From Paecilomyces variotii (lineage: Eukaryota), in assembly GCA_004022145.1 (NCBI GenBank), contig RCNU01000013.1: a stretch of DNA of 64,000 nt. One strand, 5' to 3'. The position numbers were made by a program, and so were the translations under genes. Shown in pieces: positions 1 to 12,751 of this stretch; positions within the stretch are counted from its first letter, which is position 1; each line of letters begins with the position of its first letter. The notes under the pieces were generated by a model. That model was not told the DNA's origin, did not search any database, and was given only the letters and a program-made list of their open reading frames with translations.

Positions 1-583
1 TCTTTTCAGTTTCTGCGAACTTCTCGGCCATCTCGAGGCGCAGTCGGGCATGCTCAGCAGCTCTCTTCTCCTTGTTATCCTCCGCCTTCTGCTTTGCCCG
101 TCTCACTTCCTCTTCGCACTTCGCCGTGATTTCCGCGAGCAGACGTTCCCGAGCCTGCTGTGCGGCCAACGCTCTCTCCTCTCTCTGCAGGTTTCTGGTA
201 GCAGCCTTCGCCAGCGCCGCTCGAAGTCGAACCTTCTCCGCGTGCGCGGCCCTGTCTGCGAGTCTCGCCTTGCGCGTCTCGATAATGGATGCCCGCCGCA
301 GATGTTGTGCAAGGTGATCGCTCTGTGGTCCGCCGTGGGCGGAGACATTTGAATGATGGGAATGGATGGATGATATGGAACTGCGACGCGATGACACAGT
401 AGAAGACCGTCTCACGCCGTTCGATTTTCTGTAGAACCGGGCAGCGATGTGAGGCGGTAATGATAGCGAGTTCGTCTGATTGTCGGATAGCATCTCGATA
501 TCTTCCTTATCTGAGTCATTCACCGGGGGTTCCGGTCCTGCATCGGGTAACTGGAGCTCAAGATCGGAATTACGACGGATCAT
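1..583 (-). CDS. T-complex protein 11 (TCP11/SOK1-like, 'IQ calmodulin-binding motif') protein, N-terminal part; runs off the window start
   Basis: Manual translation from ATG 583 is open to base 1: MIRRNSDLELQLPDAGPEPP...SLPPHIAARFYRKS...SSRRSSISSIHSHHS...HLAQHLRRASIIETRKARLADRAAHAEKVRLRAA...AEHARLRLEMAEKFAE. Absent from the ORF track because there is no stop in the window. Family assignment is from recalled Pezizomycotina homologs; the TCP11 domain itself would lie outside the window. Confidence 0.7.
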   Translation of the reverse strand, partial: MIRRNSDLELQLPDAGPEPPVNDSDKEDIEMLSDNQTNSLSLPPHIAARFYRKSNGVRRSSTVSSRRSSISSIHSHHSNVSAHGGPQSDHLAQHLRRASIIETRKARLADRAAHAEKVRLRAALAKAATRNLQREERALAAQQARERLLAEITAKCEEEVRRAKQKAEDNKEKRAAEHARLRLEMAEKFAETEK

Positions 584-2002
584 GTCTGGGATGTAGTGAA
601 TCTGGCCTCAGGGATATGTCGAGAAAAGAAAACACAACTGGAGAAATATAGATACGAATGGAAAGGGAAATGCGGACAATTAAGGATAGCGTTGTCGATG
701 CTCAAGGAGAAGTCGCGTAGGATTGCCGCGGCCTTCCTCTAGAGATGAGACAGATCCAGGCGTTCAGGCTGGGGCTTGTTAGCGGTGGGTTGTTTCAGCT
801 GACGAAAGTCAGACAACAGGTGATCTGCACGCAGTTTCATCAAAGATAGGCAGCCCGACAAAAGAAGGCTAGGCTGCTGAGAAACAAGATATATAGCATA
901 GGTAAATAAAGGATCAACGAAAGGATTGTCAAGAAGAAGAAGAAGAGAAGAAGAAGGGGGGCAAACGAAGCGCCCAAGCGTCATCAAACAGTGAAGTCCG
1001 CTTCCGTCCGGCTTGTGGCAAGTCGCAGGGCCAAACGTCACGAGCGGGCATCCGCAGCTTAGTCACGGCAGGAAGAAGCCAGTCTAACTACAGTATGGTA
1101 GCTATCTAGTAGTCCTTTCTATACTCTAAGAAGCTAGAGAATAGATGATTTTAGAGCAGGATGGATTGATAACGTCAGATAGTGACAGAAGCACGAGCCA
1201 CCCGGCTGATAATCAATAGCCCCAGAATGCCCAGACATGTTGACCCTCCACATCTGTATATGCCCTCGAGGCCGGGACTGTTGAATAACCACATACTCTT
1301 CTAGAAGAATATCTCCTTCTGGCACCTAACTACTTTACTTGTTTCATGTAGGAAAGAGCACTTAAGAATCTTTGCTAGTTCTATTAATAGGAGATCTCGT
1401 CCCGCCACGCACCTTAATCTACGAAGCTGACTCGTATTGGTATCAGTCTGATGTGACATAGATTGGATCTCTCCTGGTGCTGATATCGCAACTTCCCAAT
1501 CTGGCTAGGTGACATGTTCAAGGACTCCCTGTCAAGTACTCCAGTCATGTGCGCTATAGCACCGGGAAAGGCCTCAAAAGATACTCGCAGGTAAGACGTA
1601 CAAGCGCGCTCGAACGCCTTCTGAGGCAGGTTATATTCTGACACGACCCAAGAAGAAAAGCTCCATTCTTTCTCGGGCATACTTCCAACAGGCTGCCCGT
1701 CCTGCCCAGCAGTTTTGCGTATGACGCATATTTTTATCCAACGAGGCAGCAGGGTGAATTTCGTTCATGTCCCCCATTCAGGGCTAGAAAGCAGCTTCAC
1801 ACAGACAGGACAGGACAGCTTTTTCTTTTCTGTCACATGGTCTCTGAGGAAGGACCGTTGTTCCCTTAGGTGCTTGCACCGAAGCCCTGAGAACCGCTCA
1901 GAGTGCGGCGAGAATAGTCCCTGACACAAGGGAAAATGTGGCGTAGGAGAGGAAAGTGAATTAAGCCAAGATAGCATCTTGCTTGCTTCGAGTAAAAAAG
2001 TT

Positions 2003-4297
2003 TCAACGATGCCCAAATAGTACGATGCTGTCACTGTCGTCATCATCCTCGTCCTCCTCGTCCTCTTCTTCTTCCTCCTCTTCTTCTTCCTGGCTCTCCT
2101 CTCCGGTGTGTCCTGCACTACCTTGGTGGTCCTCTACTGTCTCGGCCTCGCCATCGGTAGATTCCGTGTCGCTTCCGATGAACGTATATTTGGATACAAG
2201 GCTCGTGGCCCCCCAAAAATTGAGACCGTCTCCGTCATCGCAACTTTCATTTTCTGGAATTGAGGGTTTCGAGGATGACTTGGTCGGCTCTCTCTCGGTG
2301 GGTAAACCAAAATAGTTACTTATGACAGGAGAGATGGGCCTGCGGCCCCGAGACTGTCGCAAAAGCTGCGGAATTTCAGTGTTGTGACTGGCAGAGGATG
2401 AAGTAGGCAGTAGAGATGGATTTTCCTGGGGCGTCATTCCGAGCTGAACAGAACTGTTTTGTTCACTGCCGTTGGCCGTTTGAACTGATGGCGAAGGGCG
2501 TGTGTGTTCATCAACATGGCCGTGTGAGGCGTCGTCGGACTCGCTGCCAGTCAGCAACTGTATCTGCACAGTGTTATATGACTCGCACCTTGTTTTGGTT
2601 AGCTCGTATGCTCAGGAAAGCACGCCGGAGACTTACAGGTCACACTTGAGCCCCAACCAATGGTAAGGCACAGCAGATTTTATACTGCAATCATTACAGT
2701 AGATCAAGGCTTTTGTGTCCTTGTATTCTGGGGGCATTGGCTGAGCGGCGATGGTACGGTCAAGGTTCCTGAATTGGGATTCCATATTTGTTATAGTCTT
2801 GCTGCATATCGGGCAACGGTATGATGTCTTGGAGTATTCTGAGAAACACTTTTGATGTATGCTGTGACCACACCGCATGAAAACAACAGTCTCAGGCGAG
2901 GTGAACATATAATCACCACATAGAGGACAGTCACACTGCGTTGAACGCTCAATGCAGCGGTGCGTATTCTCAATGGATATTGGCATACAAACGCTGCAGG
3001 TCTAGACGAAAGTCAGTCAATGATATGTTTGACAGCTTTCCGGCCTTACCTTGCAATGAAAAAAGTCCTTCCCAAGACCTTGCCCTATACGACAGATTCC
3101 ACAGTCGTTGCAATGATATATACTCTTTTCCTCGTCGTTATCCCATAGCTTGCAGATGGAGCAGTAGTACAAAGCAGCCTGTTCACCGCACCACATGCAG
3201 GACTGTGAAGCAGGTTGGGGGCATCCACAGAACATGCAGAGCATGTTTTCGGTCTTTCGACGATCCAGTGCATGGTCCTCTGCTTCATCATGGCAGAATC
3301 GACAGGTGTACCACCGCTTGCATGTATAGCATTGCAACTTCACGTTTCTCTTATAATGACGACAGCCGAGACAGGCTGCTTCAGGCTCGCCGTCGACATC
3401 TCTCCCAGAAACTGTCTGCTCCGCCTCTTTAGATTCATATTTCTGGTCACTTGGCACAAAAGTAGGATCCAGATCTTCGGCCGTCAAGTTATAAGGATTG
3501 TCCGCGGACGGATTAGACACTGTCGAGGCTGGTGTCAAGGATAGCTGATCGAAGGACTGCAGGCTTCGGTGAGAAGCAGGAGTCCAAGGACGATCGACAC
3601 TTGGAAGACTTGATGGAGAGCGTGGTATATTGTTGAAGCCGGCCTTAGAGGAACGGTAATCCTCCGTCATTAGATTGAGAATCAAACGTGCCTTCTCGGA
3701 ACTCGGGATATCTTGATCTCTGATAGCATGGATCTTCATTCGCAGATGGCCCATCCCATCATCCTCTGGTAACGCGGACTTTCCTTTCCCGTCCCAGCCC
3801 AAACGTTGCGTGGGTGTCCGTGACTCCCCAGAAATACGGTTGCCTGTTTCGAGAGAAGTCCGGTTCGACTGTATATCACCAGCACGCCTCGATCGTTGTA
3901 CTGCGGAGTCTGTGTAACTGTCTTCATAATGTCGTGGGGCTATGACATTCCCTGTATCGGGGTGTCCATTGTCTCCGCGTCCATCAATGACTCCTTGTCG
4001 GCGGCCGATAGTGGGGGACATCGACGGTAGTAGGGTCCGGTCGATAGTAGGATCGATAGTAGGGTCGAGAGATGTTGAACTGATTCGCCGTCCGGTACGC
4101 GCTCGAGAGTATGTGGTGGTAGTATCGTAGTTGTTTCCAAATGATGAAGGCCATGAAATACTATTAGGAGCGCTCGCGTGTTGAACTGAGGGATGGTCGA
4201 TCGAGGAGGGCGGATGATCCGAGCTCGCCCGACGAGAAAGGCGACGAGCTTGTCGGAAGACAGGGTCGATGAGCAAAGACGAAATAAACCCACTCAT
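2003..4297 (-). CDS. CHY zinc finger / RING finger E3 ubiquitin ligase (RCHY1/Pirh2-like), 3 exons
   Basis: CHY motif GCRHYKRNVKLQCYTCKRWYTCRFCHDE; RING CPLCGDYMF...CGHSIHQKC...CPIC; zinc ribbon CNDC...HWLGLKC..CESYNT; acidic tail. GT-AG introns at about 3003-3048 and 2589-2637. Confidence 0.93.
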
Positions 4298-5023
4298 TGG
4301 GGGCCGTGATGTTATAGATAGTGATATTGTCCAGAATGAGAAGCGAGCAGGCCAAAGCGAAGAAGACCGCTCTTGTCTCTGTTCGCTGACACAGCGGGCG
4401 CATGTGACGTCTTGTCGGGCATCCTAGGCATGTGACTTCCGCTTTTGGTCTCAGACCAAGTCTTGTACATCGTGAGAACAACACATGGACACGGGTTTAA
4501 TTAAGATGTAACATGTTATTAAGGATAAAATATGAACTTGATGATATCTTTGATCCATTAATTTCTGATTGTATGCTTCATTATCTGTGGCCTTGTGGGC
4601 TACGATGTGACAAAGATCAGGCTGCCTCCGCGGCCTCACCACCCAGACGGTTATTCAACTGATCTTAAGAGTAACCCCCATCTGATATAATCAGCTTCGT
4701 TGGTCGATGCCTCCTAGAAGATATGTTAAGTGCCGTAAGGTCTGTCGAAACTGGGAGGAGAACCTGGCTTTGAAACCTGGTCATGTGTAGATGCTGCACG
4801 GAGCCCGTGCTGTTCCTTCCGAGATGTTGTCTGGAACGAACGTAAACAGGAGAATAAATCCTGTATATCTCCAATACATCTGGTAAAGTCTACCTCGGTG
4901 TATCAGGACCCATAGATACGCTACGAGATCCTCTCGGAGTCCGATCCAAAGATGGACCTTCTAATCGTCTGCTCTCGCCAGCGCCAAGTGTGAAATAGGT
5001 CACTCTCTTCATCATCGTGTAAC

Positions 5024-5502
5024 CTATCGAAGACATGTTCCTAAGCTCTCGTTTAGAAGCATTAGAGTCGAATTGAAATGAGCGTTAGAGCTTCTTCGAA
5101 GAAAGATATCGTTCACATCTTGGTTTTTGAACCTGCGAAAGTTGTCAGAGAAACACCTTCTTCCGACATCTATATGCTTATTACTCACACTCTTGCATCT
5201 TTCTTTACCTGGGGTTGCTCCCAGTATCTGACCATAATCAGATTCTTCACGATCTTGTGTTCCAAGCCCCTAGAGTCTGCAGCGCGCTGGAGAAATTGTA
5301 AGGTATTTGCAACCCGGTTGGGGTCGAATTCATCACGGGAAGCTGATCGGAAAGACGTCCGCAGGATCCGACGCAGCACATGCCGTGCAGGGGTAGAGTA
5401 GTTGAGCACCTTCAGGCCCTGTCGATAGAGCTGACGATATGCGAGAACTATAGCCTGCTGGGTGGGAGCAGCGGTCTTGAGCTTCTGGGCGGCACCGTTC
5501 AT
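5024..5502 (-). CDS. DUF1763-like (LYR-motif-like) small fungal protein, 2 exons
   Basis: MNGAAQK...AYRQLYRQGLKVLNYSTPARHVLRRILRTSF...RVANTLQFL...GLEHKIVKNL; intron GTGAGT...CTGAC...GCAG; exon 2 ends HFNSTLMLLNESLGTCLR*. Confidence 0.75.
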
Positions 5503-6102
5503 TGTTGGAGCCCACTGGTGACAATTCAACAGAAGTTCCCTTGAGAATCTCAACCCCAGACTTGAAGGCTAGACAAGGGAGCAGCTTCTGAGAATCGGCG
5601 ATGTTCTTGATCTGCTCCGTAGTAGGCCTGCGGGGAGTTAAGTCGGGCAGGGCGTGGTTTCCGCCCGGGGCGTGACAGCTTGCCCACTGCCCACCGCCCA
5701 CCGCCCACCGCTTTTGGGCCGCCATCTGACATCGGCCTGGCTCTTGTCCCTCACCTCCATCAAGCAACACCCTGGATGCTTTCTGACCTGCGGCATGTTC
5801 TGGGAAACATCGCAGGTCTTGTCTTTTCTTCGTGACTCCGAAGAACGTTAGGACTACATAGCTTGTCTCCGCCTCGTCTTATTGGGTCTTTTCTGACCGA
5901 AGCTCAGCAGCTTTGTCTTCAGTTTCGCACGTTTCCGTAGGAATCTTTCTTACTAACAAATAGGCCTTCGCTCTAAGAGCTCTGGAGGCTCTTGACGAGA
6001 ATCATTTCTCCTTTCATGATTTCCCATTTACTTGAAGGGCCTCTCGTTGAGAGAGGCGAAGTGTCTCTCTTATCTTGAACTACGAGGTTCATTTCTGGAA
6101 TC

Positions 6103-8863
6103 ATGACACGGGTACTTCGAAGAGCTGCGTCGGCCTATGCCACGCGCCCTCCGAGTAGACTCGCTAGGTTAAAACGTCGCAAACACAGGGTTATCATGGA
6201 GAGTGTCACTCAAGAGAAAAAGAAGCTTCGCAGCGTTGTATGTTGTGCCACCGATCGTTATTGATCTTCTGTTTTCTCCCAGTGTTCTAACGACTTTAGA
6301 TTTCCTTCGAAGCGCAAGCACCTCCTGGCTATACGTTTATTCCTGCGGGTAATCCTCAGTTTACAGATGCCTGTAAAGAGATATGTCGGAGAGATGGCCT
6401 CAAGGTGTTCGCTGTCACGGTCTGTTTTTTCCAGCCGGTCCCTGGATCCTACGAACTCCGGACCATGACTGACGCTTTATTCTAGACCACTCCCCATCAA
6501 CGTATGCATAATCTCTCGCAACAGGTTCACAGGATTGGGTATCACTTTCCCAGTGCTGTGGTTGCGACTGTCTGTATGGACTTGGGTCTGTACCTTACCT
6601 CGAGCGGGAAAGTGATGCCTTTCCAAGGCATTACCAGTCATAGGTCCCACATGCGAGCTGCCTCAGAAGTCTCCCAGACCACAATCAATACCGAAGCGAG
6701 GGATGTGATTCGAGATCTGTTTCCAAACATACCTGAAAAGGATCTGAATCAGATCATCAAGACAGCATTTCAAAAGGTACTGCGCTCGACTGAGACTTTT
6801 CGGTTACTGACTCTATGTAGGGCCAACGAAAGGTTGGTACGGCAGTCGAGCTGCCCCTTGCACGCCGTGCTCAGCTGGCGGTGGTTGCTCATATCAGACA
6901 TATCTACACGAATTATGACCGTCTCCTGAAGAAGACATCTTTTCAAGAAGCTAGAAGCCTTGTCGAAGACCCTACATTGGCAAAGCTGGTAGAATGGAGA
7001 GGTGATGATGAGAACGGGAAGACTGTCCTAGAAGATGTCTTTCGAGAAGTCATTGTAATTTCCGATGACGAGGACAGCGATGCAGAAAGTGACCCAGGGA
7101 CTGCATACAACGACCGGGACACAAGTATTGAAATACTTTCAAGCAATACCGCTGCCGGGGAGTTGCAGACCAAGCCATTGGACTACGCTGACAGATCTCT
7201 CCGAGAGGCTCCCGTGGATCTTGCTGACGATGATGCCCCTCCTGGTTTTCGATTTGTCCCGGCACCCCCAAAAAGGACCAGATCACGCAATGACAGGATT
7301 GACCGCCGTGGCTTTAGTCGTTACGAGGCCTGGAATCGGGCCAGATTTCGTTATCGAGAGAAGGCCCTTGCGGATCATCAAGCTAATACTCATGTCCGAA
7401 CAGTTCACAACTCAGGCTCCTCTTATGTTGGAGGGCCACTATCTGCCTCTGAGCGGCCGGTCTATGGAGATTTGCTGTCACCAAATGCTAATGCATTAGA
7501 GCGGCGTCCCTTCACTAGTCGACATGTTCACCCTCTCCCGTCTGCCAGTGTCCCACTCTCCGTTGATGGTCGCGGCACATCATTTCCAACCAGGAGCCAA
7601 CCCCAGCGCCCACCAGGGACCATTATACCCTATCGGGATAACTTGGAAATGAAGCCACAGGATAGGGCACTACCTTCCATCGAGGACCCTCAATCTCCAT
7701 CCTCCGCAGTTAAGAGTCCGGGAGACGGCGGGATTTACGGTTCCATCAAAAGGCGTTCAGATGCAATACAGCCTTCTTCACTAACCTCAATATCCAGGCC
7801 CCACGAGAGAGAATCCACTATTATTGATCTCACTAGTATGAGGGACGTAATGCCAAAACGGAGACGAGTTGAATGCCAGGAGCCTGCACGCGATGTATCC
7901 GGCTTTGGATCCTCTAGAGTGGATGGCCATATTTCCGATCCTGTTCCCTGTATCTCCTTGCTGTCGCCTGATTCTGGACGCCGGGCAGTTCCAGGTTACA
8001 ATAGCCAGACCCGCAGCCAGCACTTGAGTCCTGATACAAGATATCAGCGAGCACCGCGTTGCCTGGAGAGGGTCCCTCTTCGCAGAGTCTCACCACCATC
8101 TCGACTACCTGGAGCCAACGTAGTACGCTATGCTGACTCTGAATATGTCAACCGCCAGGACATTACTATCCCATTGTCTCGAGATGGTTTAAATGCGTCC
8201 TCCAATCAGACCACTTCTCAGCCAAATTACGGCCCCAGACAGGACAGGTTACTAAACACCTTGGATACATATCCACGACCAGATCGTCTCTATCAAATAG
8301 ACCAAGGACCTCCCAATACTAGCCGGAGGATATCCTTCGAAGAGACAGAATTGCGAGGTACTACTATGCGCCGGCCAGAAGTAATTACGACTTCTCGCGG
8401 TCTAGACCATGGCCAGAACAGAAATGACATCTATTCGCCTGACTTCGTGCGGCCTGTTAGTATCCATGGTCCTTTAGCGCCTTCTTACAGGTTGGCGCAC
8501 CGAGACACCGCGCCCAATCGGGAGGTTGAGCCTGTATCTAGTCGTCCGACTAGATATTCTCCCATCGTTCCTGGTCGAGAACAACACAGACCACGTCGGG
8601 AGATGATCTCTCAATTGAATCCAAATCGTTCTTCGCAGCAGGCTCCCATCGATCTGAGTTCCGAGAGGCTGCACCGCATCCGAGAGAAGATGCCGATTCT
8701 CCAGGATAGCATACCTGTTGGCCGCAGTAGGTATGCGGCACCCGTCGTGAGTCAATATGACGCTTCGCGTGGCGCTATCATAGACTCTACACGGTACAGT
8801 TACGCCCTGCCTCGTATAGAGGACCTCGCGATTAGATCGTCTCGGAACTTCCTGGGTTCGTGA
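6103..8863 (+). CDS. DUF2293 domain protein with long disordered C-terminus, at least 4 exons (a further intron could move the stop to about 8991)
   Basis: Spliced N-terminus MTRVLRR...KKKLRSV/ISFEAQAPPGYTFIPAG.../TTPHQRMHNLSQQVHRIGYHFP; core IRDLFPNIPEKDLNQIIKTAFQK/GQRKVGTAVELPLARRAQLAVVAHIRHIYTNYDRLL; three canonical introns. Confidence 0.85.
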
Positions 8864-9590
8864 AGGATGATCTGACTGGACAAGTTGCTCTAGACACGTC
8901 CCCCTGCGACAACGCTCATTTCGAACGGCACAACAACCACAGGCAGTCTACCTTGAACGAGTCGACCCACGTTATTCTTAGCTACCTATAGAGGAAAGGT
9001 GTTATTTTTACGACTGGTCTAAGGCCTCGATCGTTCCCTTATACTACTGCAAAATGTCAGCGGTAGGGATCCGACGTATCATACAAACTTGGAGTATTGC
9101 ATTTGGGAGCGGGCTGCTGAACTTCTGTTTTCTTTTTTGTGGGAGGTTTACTCGAATGATAGATACCCTGCTGCATGCTTGATACCATGTCGAATCTTTG
9201 TTTTGCAGAGACCCTGCCTTGGGACCTTTTGGCCAACGGACATAATCACTACCGACAACAAGCATGACCATAACCTCCCGGCAGTGTCTGCCCGTAGACA
9301 CGAGTATTGATAGACGAGTCATCTTCGACGAATTCGATTCCTGTTCTAGAGGTAAAAACTATAAAATGCTGCAGTTCTAGATGAATCTGCGTGCAATTTC
9401 TGGACTTCAAAGCATGTAATCAAGAGTGCAGCTCATTACGGGTCGTAGCGTCCACACCTAGCCTGACAAAGCAGCAGGGCACCATCGCGATCTTTCCATC
9501 CTGTATCCGTAGCCTCAGTGGAAGGCCTAACATATCACCAGTATCTATATTCCCTTCTCTCCAGACGAGAGATGTGAGACCGACGTCTCT

Positions 9591-9962
9591 TCAAACACTC
9601 TGAGGCTGACCATCAGCTTCCCCGCTGTTGACAGTCTTTCCAGTCTTCTTGATCGAAGCTAAGACAGTGTCATAGGACACCGTGGGTTCAGTGATAACGG
9701 TAGCAGACTGGTTCTCCAGGCTAACATCGAAGGACTTGACGCCTGCAAGTAAGGAAATCCAGACGTCAGCAGCTGAACCAGAACCAGAGAGGGCGAGGGC
9801 GAGGGCGAGGGAGAGATGAGAGAGAGAGAGAGAGAGAGAGAGAAGGAAGGCAGAAGCATCATATTATCACTCACCGTCCAACTTCTTAAGGACTCTCTCG
9901 ACAGCACCCGAGCAGCCGCCGCAGCTCATCGAGACGTTGAACTTGTATTGATGTTCCGACAT
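9591..9962 (-). CDS. ATX1: Copper metallochaperone Atx1 (HMA domain), 79 aa; exons 9962-9875 and 9742-9591
   Basis: Manual splice: MSEHQYKFNVSMSCGGCSGAVERVLKKLDG/VKSFDVSLENQSATVITEPTVSYDTVLASIKKTGKTVNSGEADGQPQSV*. Has MxCxxC and KTGK motifs; intron GTGAGT...CTGAC...GCAG. Confidence 0.95.
9787..9843. repeat. (GAGGGC)3 + (GA)n compound microsatellite inside the ATX1 intron
   Basis: gagggcgagggcgagggcgagggagagatgagagagagagagagagagagagaga. Confidence 0.9.
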
Positions 9963-10805
9963 GGTTGGGATATGACTGATATTTGTTTCTATGGACTCTC
10001 AAAAGAGGATGCGGTGAATCGGTTCTTGGAACTCGTAGAGGAATTAAGTTGCGGAAGAGACGAGAGGCGCAGTGATATTATTAATGTCACAGAAGAGGTG
10101 AGGTTCGTTTGTTCGTTCGTTCGTTGCTTACTTATTATTATTCTTCGCGAGACAAGAACGAGAACGGACCCGCAGAAGAAGAATGAGGGGCTAGATAAGT
10201 ACACAATGATAAATACCTATAACAACAAGACATCGAATATGGTAGTTCCTCCCCAGGGGTAGGTTCTTTATATAGTAGTTAGTTAATTAATCTACTCTCT
10301 TTTGTTTTCTGTCCTTTTTCTTCCCTTCCGAAACCGAGTTGCGACACCGCTGGCGTTTCAACTGTGCTTGATGATGCCATTGGTGATCCTCCCCGCAGCG
10401 GGCGCGAAAATCGCGCGCTCCACGATTGATTATTATTAGGGATTTGGTGCCTGTATCGGCATGAGGAGTTAACTACTAACTCTTAAGTGAATTTACTCCT
10501 GTGGCGGATTTTGTTGGATTAGTTATTTTTATTTCCCCCCCCCCCCCCTCTTACTAGGGTATCAGATCGATAATCAAAGCCGTTTATGTAGCCCATTATT
10601 AATATTGAGAGGTTAACTAACTAACTAACTATGAGGGGTTTATGCGGTTTATGCTCGGGTCTCAGCATTAGCTGCTTACGTTGTCTTCTGTAGGAATGTA
10701 GTTGGGTTATTGTGTGAAGAATGTAATGTCTCCATATAGAACCATCTGAGTAAATTTACCAAACTGCTCTACTAAATTCCCTTTTAGCACCTCCGACGAT
10801 CCAAG

Positions 10806-11240
10806 TCAACAGTTTGTCATGCCAAAACTCCCTAGTGCCGAAAAGGCATGATGCAGAATGTATAGTTGTTGAGGGACCGTGTTGTCAAAATGATTTGACC
10901 GCAAAACTTGTTGGAAGATACGCATCACTGCGGCCCTATCTTCTAGACACACTGGGTAGTCTGCAGAGGAAAGAGCCGGAATTCCTTGTCCGGAGACGAC
11001 GAATCGATGTAGCGCGACGTTGTTGACTTCACTGTCTAAGAGGAATATGCCCTGTTGTCCAACAAAATTCGATGCCCTCTGAGCTGAGGATCCCGGGGTA
11101 AAAGCAGTACCATACGTCCACAGAGCAAGGGCTGCGAAATAAAGACAAGTCGCGCAGAAGTTAGTCAGAGAACCTCGGGTCATAGACTTGGCGATGCGTA
11201 ACACCCGACCTGCATGCCAAGTTGCCTGACGAGACTGCAG
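10806..11240 (-). pseudogene. Orphan C-terminal fragment of a fungal-specific transcription factor
   Basis: SRQATWHAGRVLRIAKSMTRGSLTNFCATCLYFAALALWTYG resembles the C-terminal 'R.A.WHAG...A...Y.A.L.LW.YG' block of fungal TFs. No DNA-binding domain or ATG; the frame is cut about 100 bp from the APH gene stop. Confidence 0.65.
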
Positions 11241-11337
11241 GGACTATCGTGAGGCGAGGAAGGAGCTAAAGAAGAAGAGAGGGCCTATGGTTTGAAGGTG
11301 TCTAGAATGTTTGTAATGCGACAGGTATTTGCAGCGC

Positions 11338-12515
11338 TTATATCACTCTAGATTCTCGGACTCTGTCGAGGAGCCACCAGTGGGGATATCTTTCCAGTGA
11401 GACACAGCCAGGCAGAAACAAAAACCAGTCATTCTCTTCATATGGTGATAAGCAATTCGTGCACTTGATGGCCTCGTAGTAGTCAGGATAGAAACCACTG
11501 TATTCCCAGTCAATGATCCCAGTGATAATGCAATCACCGCCATCCTTCACTTCCACAACAATATTGTCAGGGCGGATATCTCCATGAGTGAAAACGATTT
11601 TAGATGACGAAGGCGATGGAGAAATCCCGCGAAGCAACTCCACAAAAACATGCCCACCGGACCTAGGGCTGCTGAAAAGGAAGTCTTCAAAATCATCAAC
11701 ATTCATCACTGGTCGGTCGTTCCGGCGAAGATGTCTCCTCACATCTTTGCAGCCTTCACCTCCAACCCCTCCAAGAGGTCTTCCAGGAGGAAATGGTAAA
11801 GACCTCAAATCCAGCAAAATTTGATTCAGTTGCTCTTTCACTGACGTCTTTTGAGCTGGGTTCAACATCGCCCATTGGGCAGTCAAAGTGTCGCCGTGCA
11901 AGTAGCTCATGAACATCAATGATATTCCGTTCATTCGTAGCAAGCCTAGCGGCTCAGGTACTGGTATATTTGACTTGTGTTGTTGGAGATATTGTAAAGT
12001 TGTATATTCAGTATAGTCGGTCATATCCCGAACAGCCTTCAAGACTATGTAGCTGTTACACTTGAAGACCATCTTCTGACGGGGAAACGGGCCACTCCAA
12101 AGAATATCACTCTCTTGTATCATGTAAACCAGCTGCTGCGGAAAACTGTCTGGAAGAAGCTGAAGACCACGCGATTGGTCTCTTATTAGGCTGAGGGTCC
12201 TCTCCGATAACGGAAAAATGGTCTCTACAGAATCAGATGCGCGAAGGGACGCCCTTATATCTTCCTCCTCGTGAGGTACAGGAGCGTCTATGTTTAAACC
12301 CAAAACGTTAAGAAAATTTCTTGTAAAATAGAAAGGGTGGGAGGCATGCCATGATCCGGCCGCTCACTGTTACGCATGGAATCCAGACGATCAGAGTACC
12401 TCGTAGGTAGCTTTGTGGTCAAGTCAACCTCCGGGTCCTGCTTGACAGCGGCTTGCAACAGCTTCAAGGTATGCGCATTGAATCTCGCAGCTTTCGACTT
12501 CTTAACTAGCCCCAT
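11338..12515 (-). CDS. APH/choline-kinase-like phosphotransferase, 2 exons (probable GC-AG intron 12349-12288)
   Basis: VFTHGDIRPDNIVV and ITGIIDWEYSGFYPDYYE motifs; EYTTLQYL...IPVPEP. Exon 1 MGLVKKSKAARFNAHTLKLLQAAVKQDPEVDL joins in phase. Confidence 0.85.
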
Positions 12516-12751
12516 GGCGAGGATGTGGCGCAATAATATATTCGAGGCAACCCTAGAGGGAATCTTTGTCAAGAGCGGCGAGACCAAATGCAAGAAGGAA
12601 GCAGATCTGTAGGGAGACGCGTGTTAGATGCGGCATGGGGAGATTAAGTACGGAGTATGGATTACGGATTAATAATAATAATACCCTATTTACATCCATA
12701 GACCCAATGACTTCAGTGCTCTGCCTACTCCAGCATATACTAGATTCAACA

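Noticed and set aside
103-348. ORF MSPPTADH... in the track
   Set aside because: Out-of-frame shadow of the real CDS that starts at 583.
1414-1680. 88-aa ORF MPEKEWSF...
   Set aside because: No recognisable motif; lies just downstream of the CHY/RING gene stop.
4440-4472. GCTTTTGGTCTCAGACCAAGTCTTGTA resembling the U2 snRNA 5' end
   Set aside because: The branch-recognition GTAGTA is broken and no other U2 feature was recognised.
9816-10262. 148-aa ORF MRERERE...
   Set aside because: Antisense to ATX1 and generated by the intronic GA repeat.
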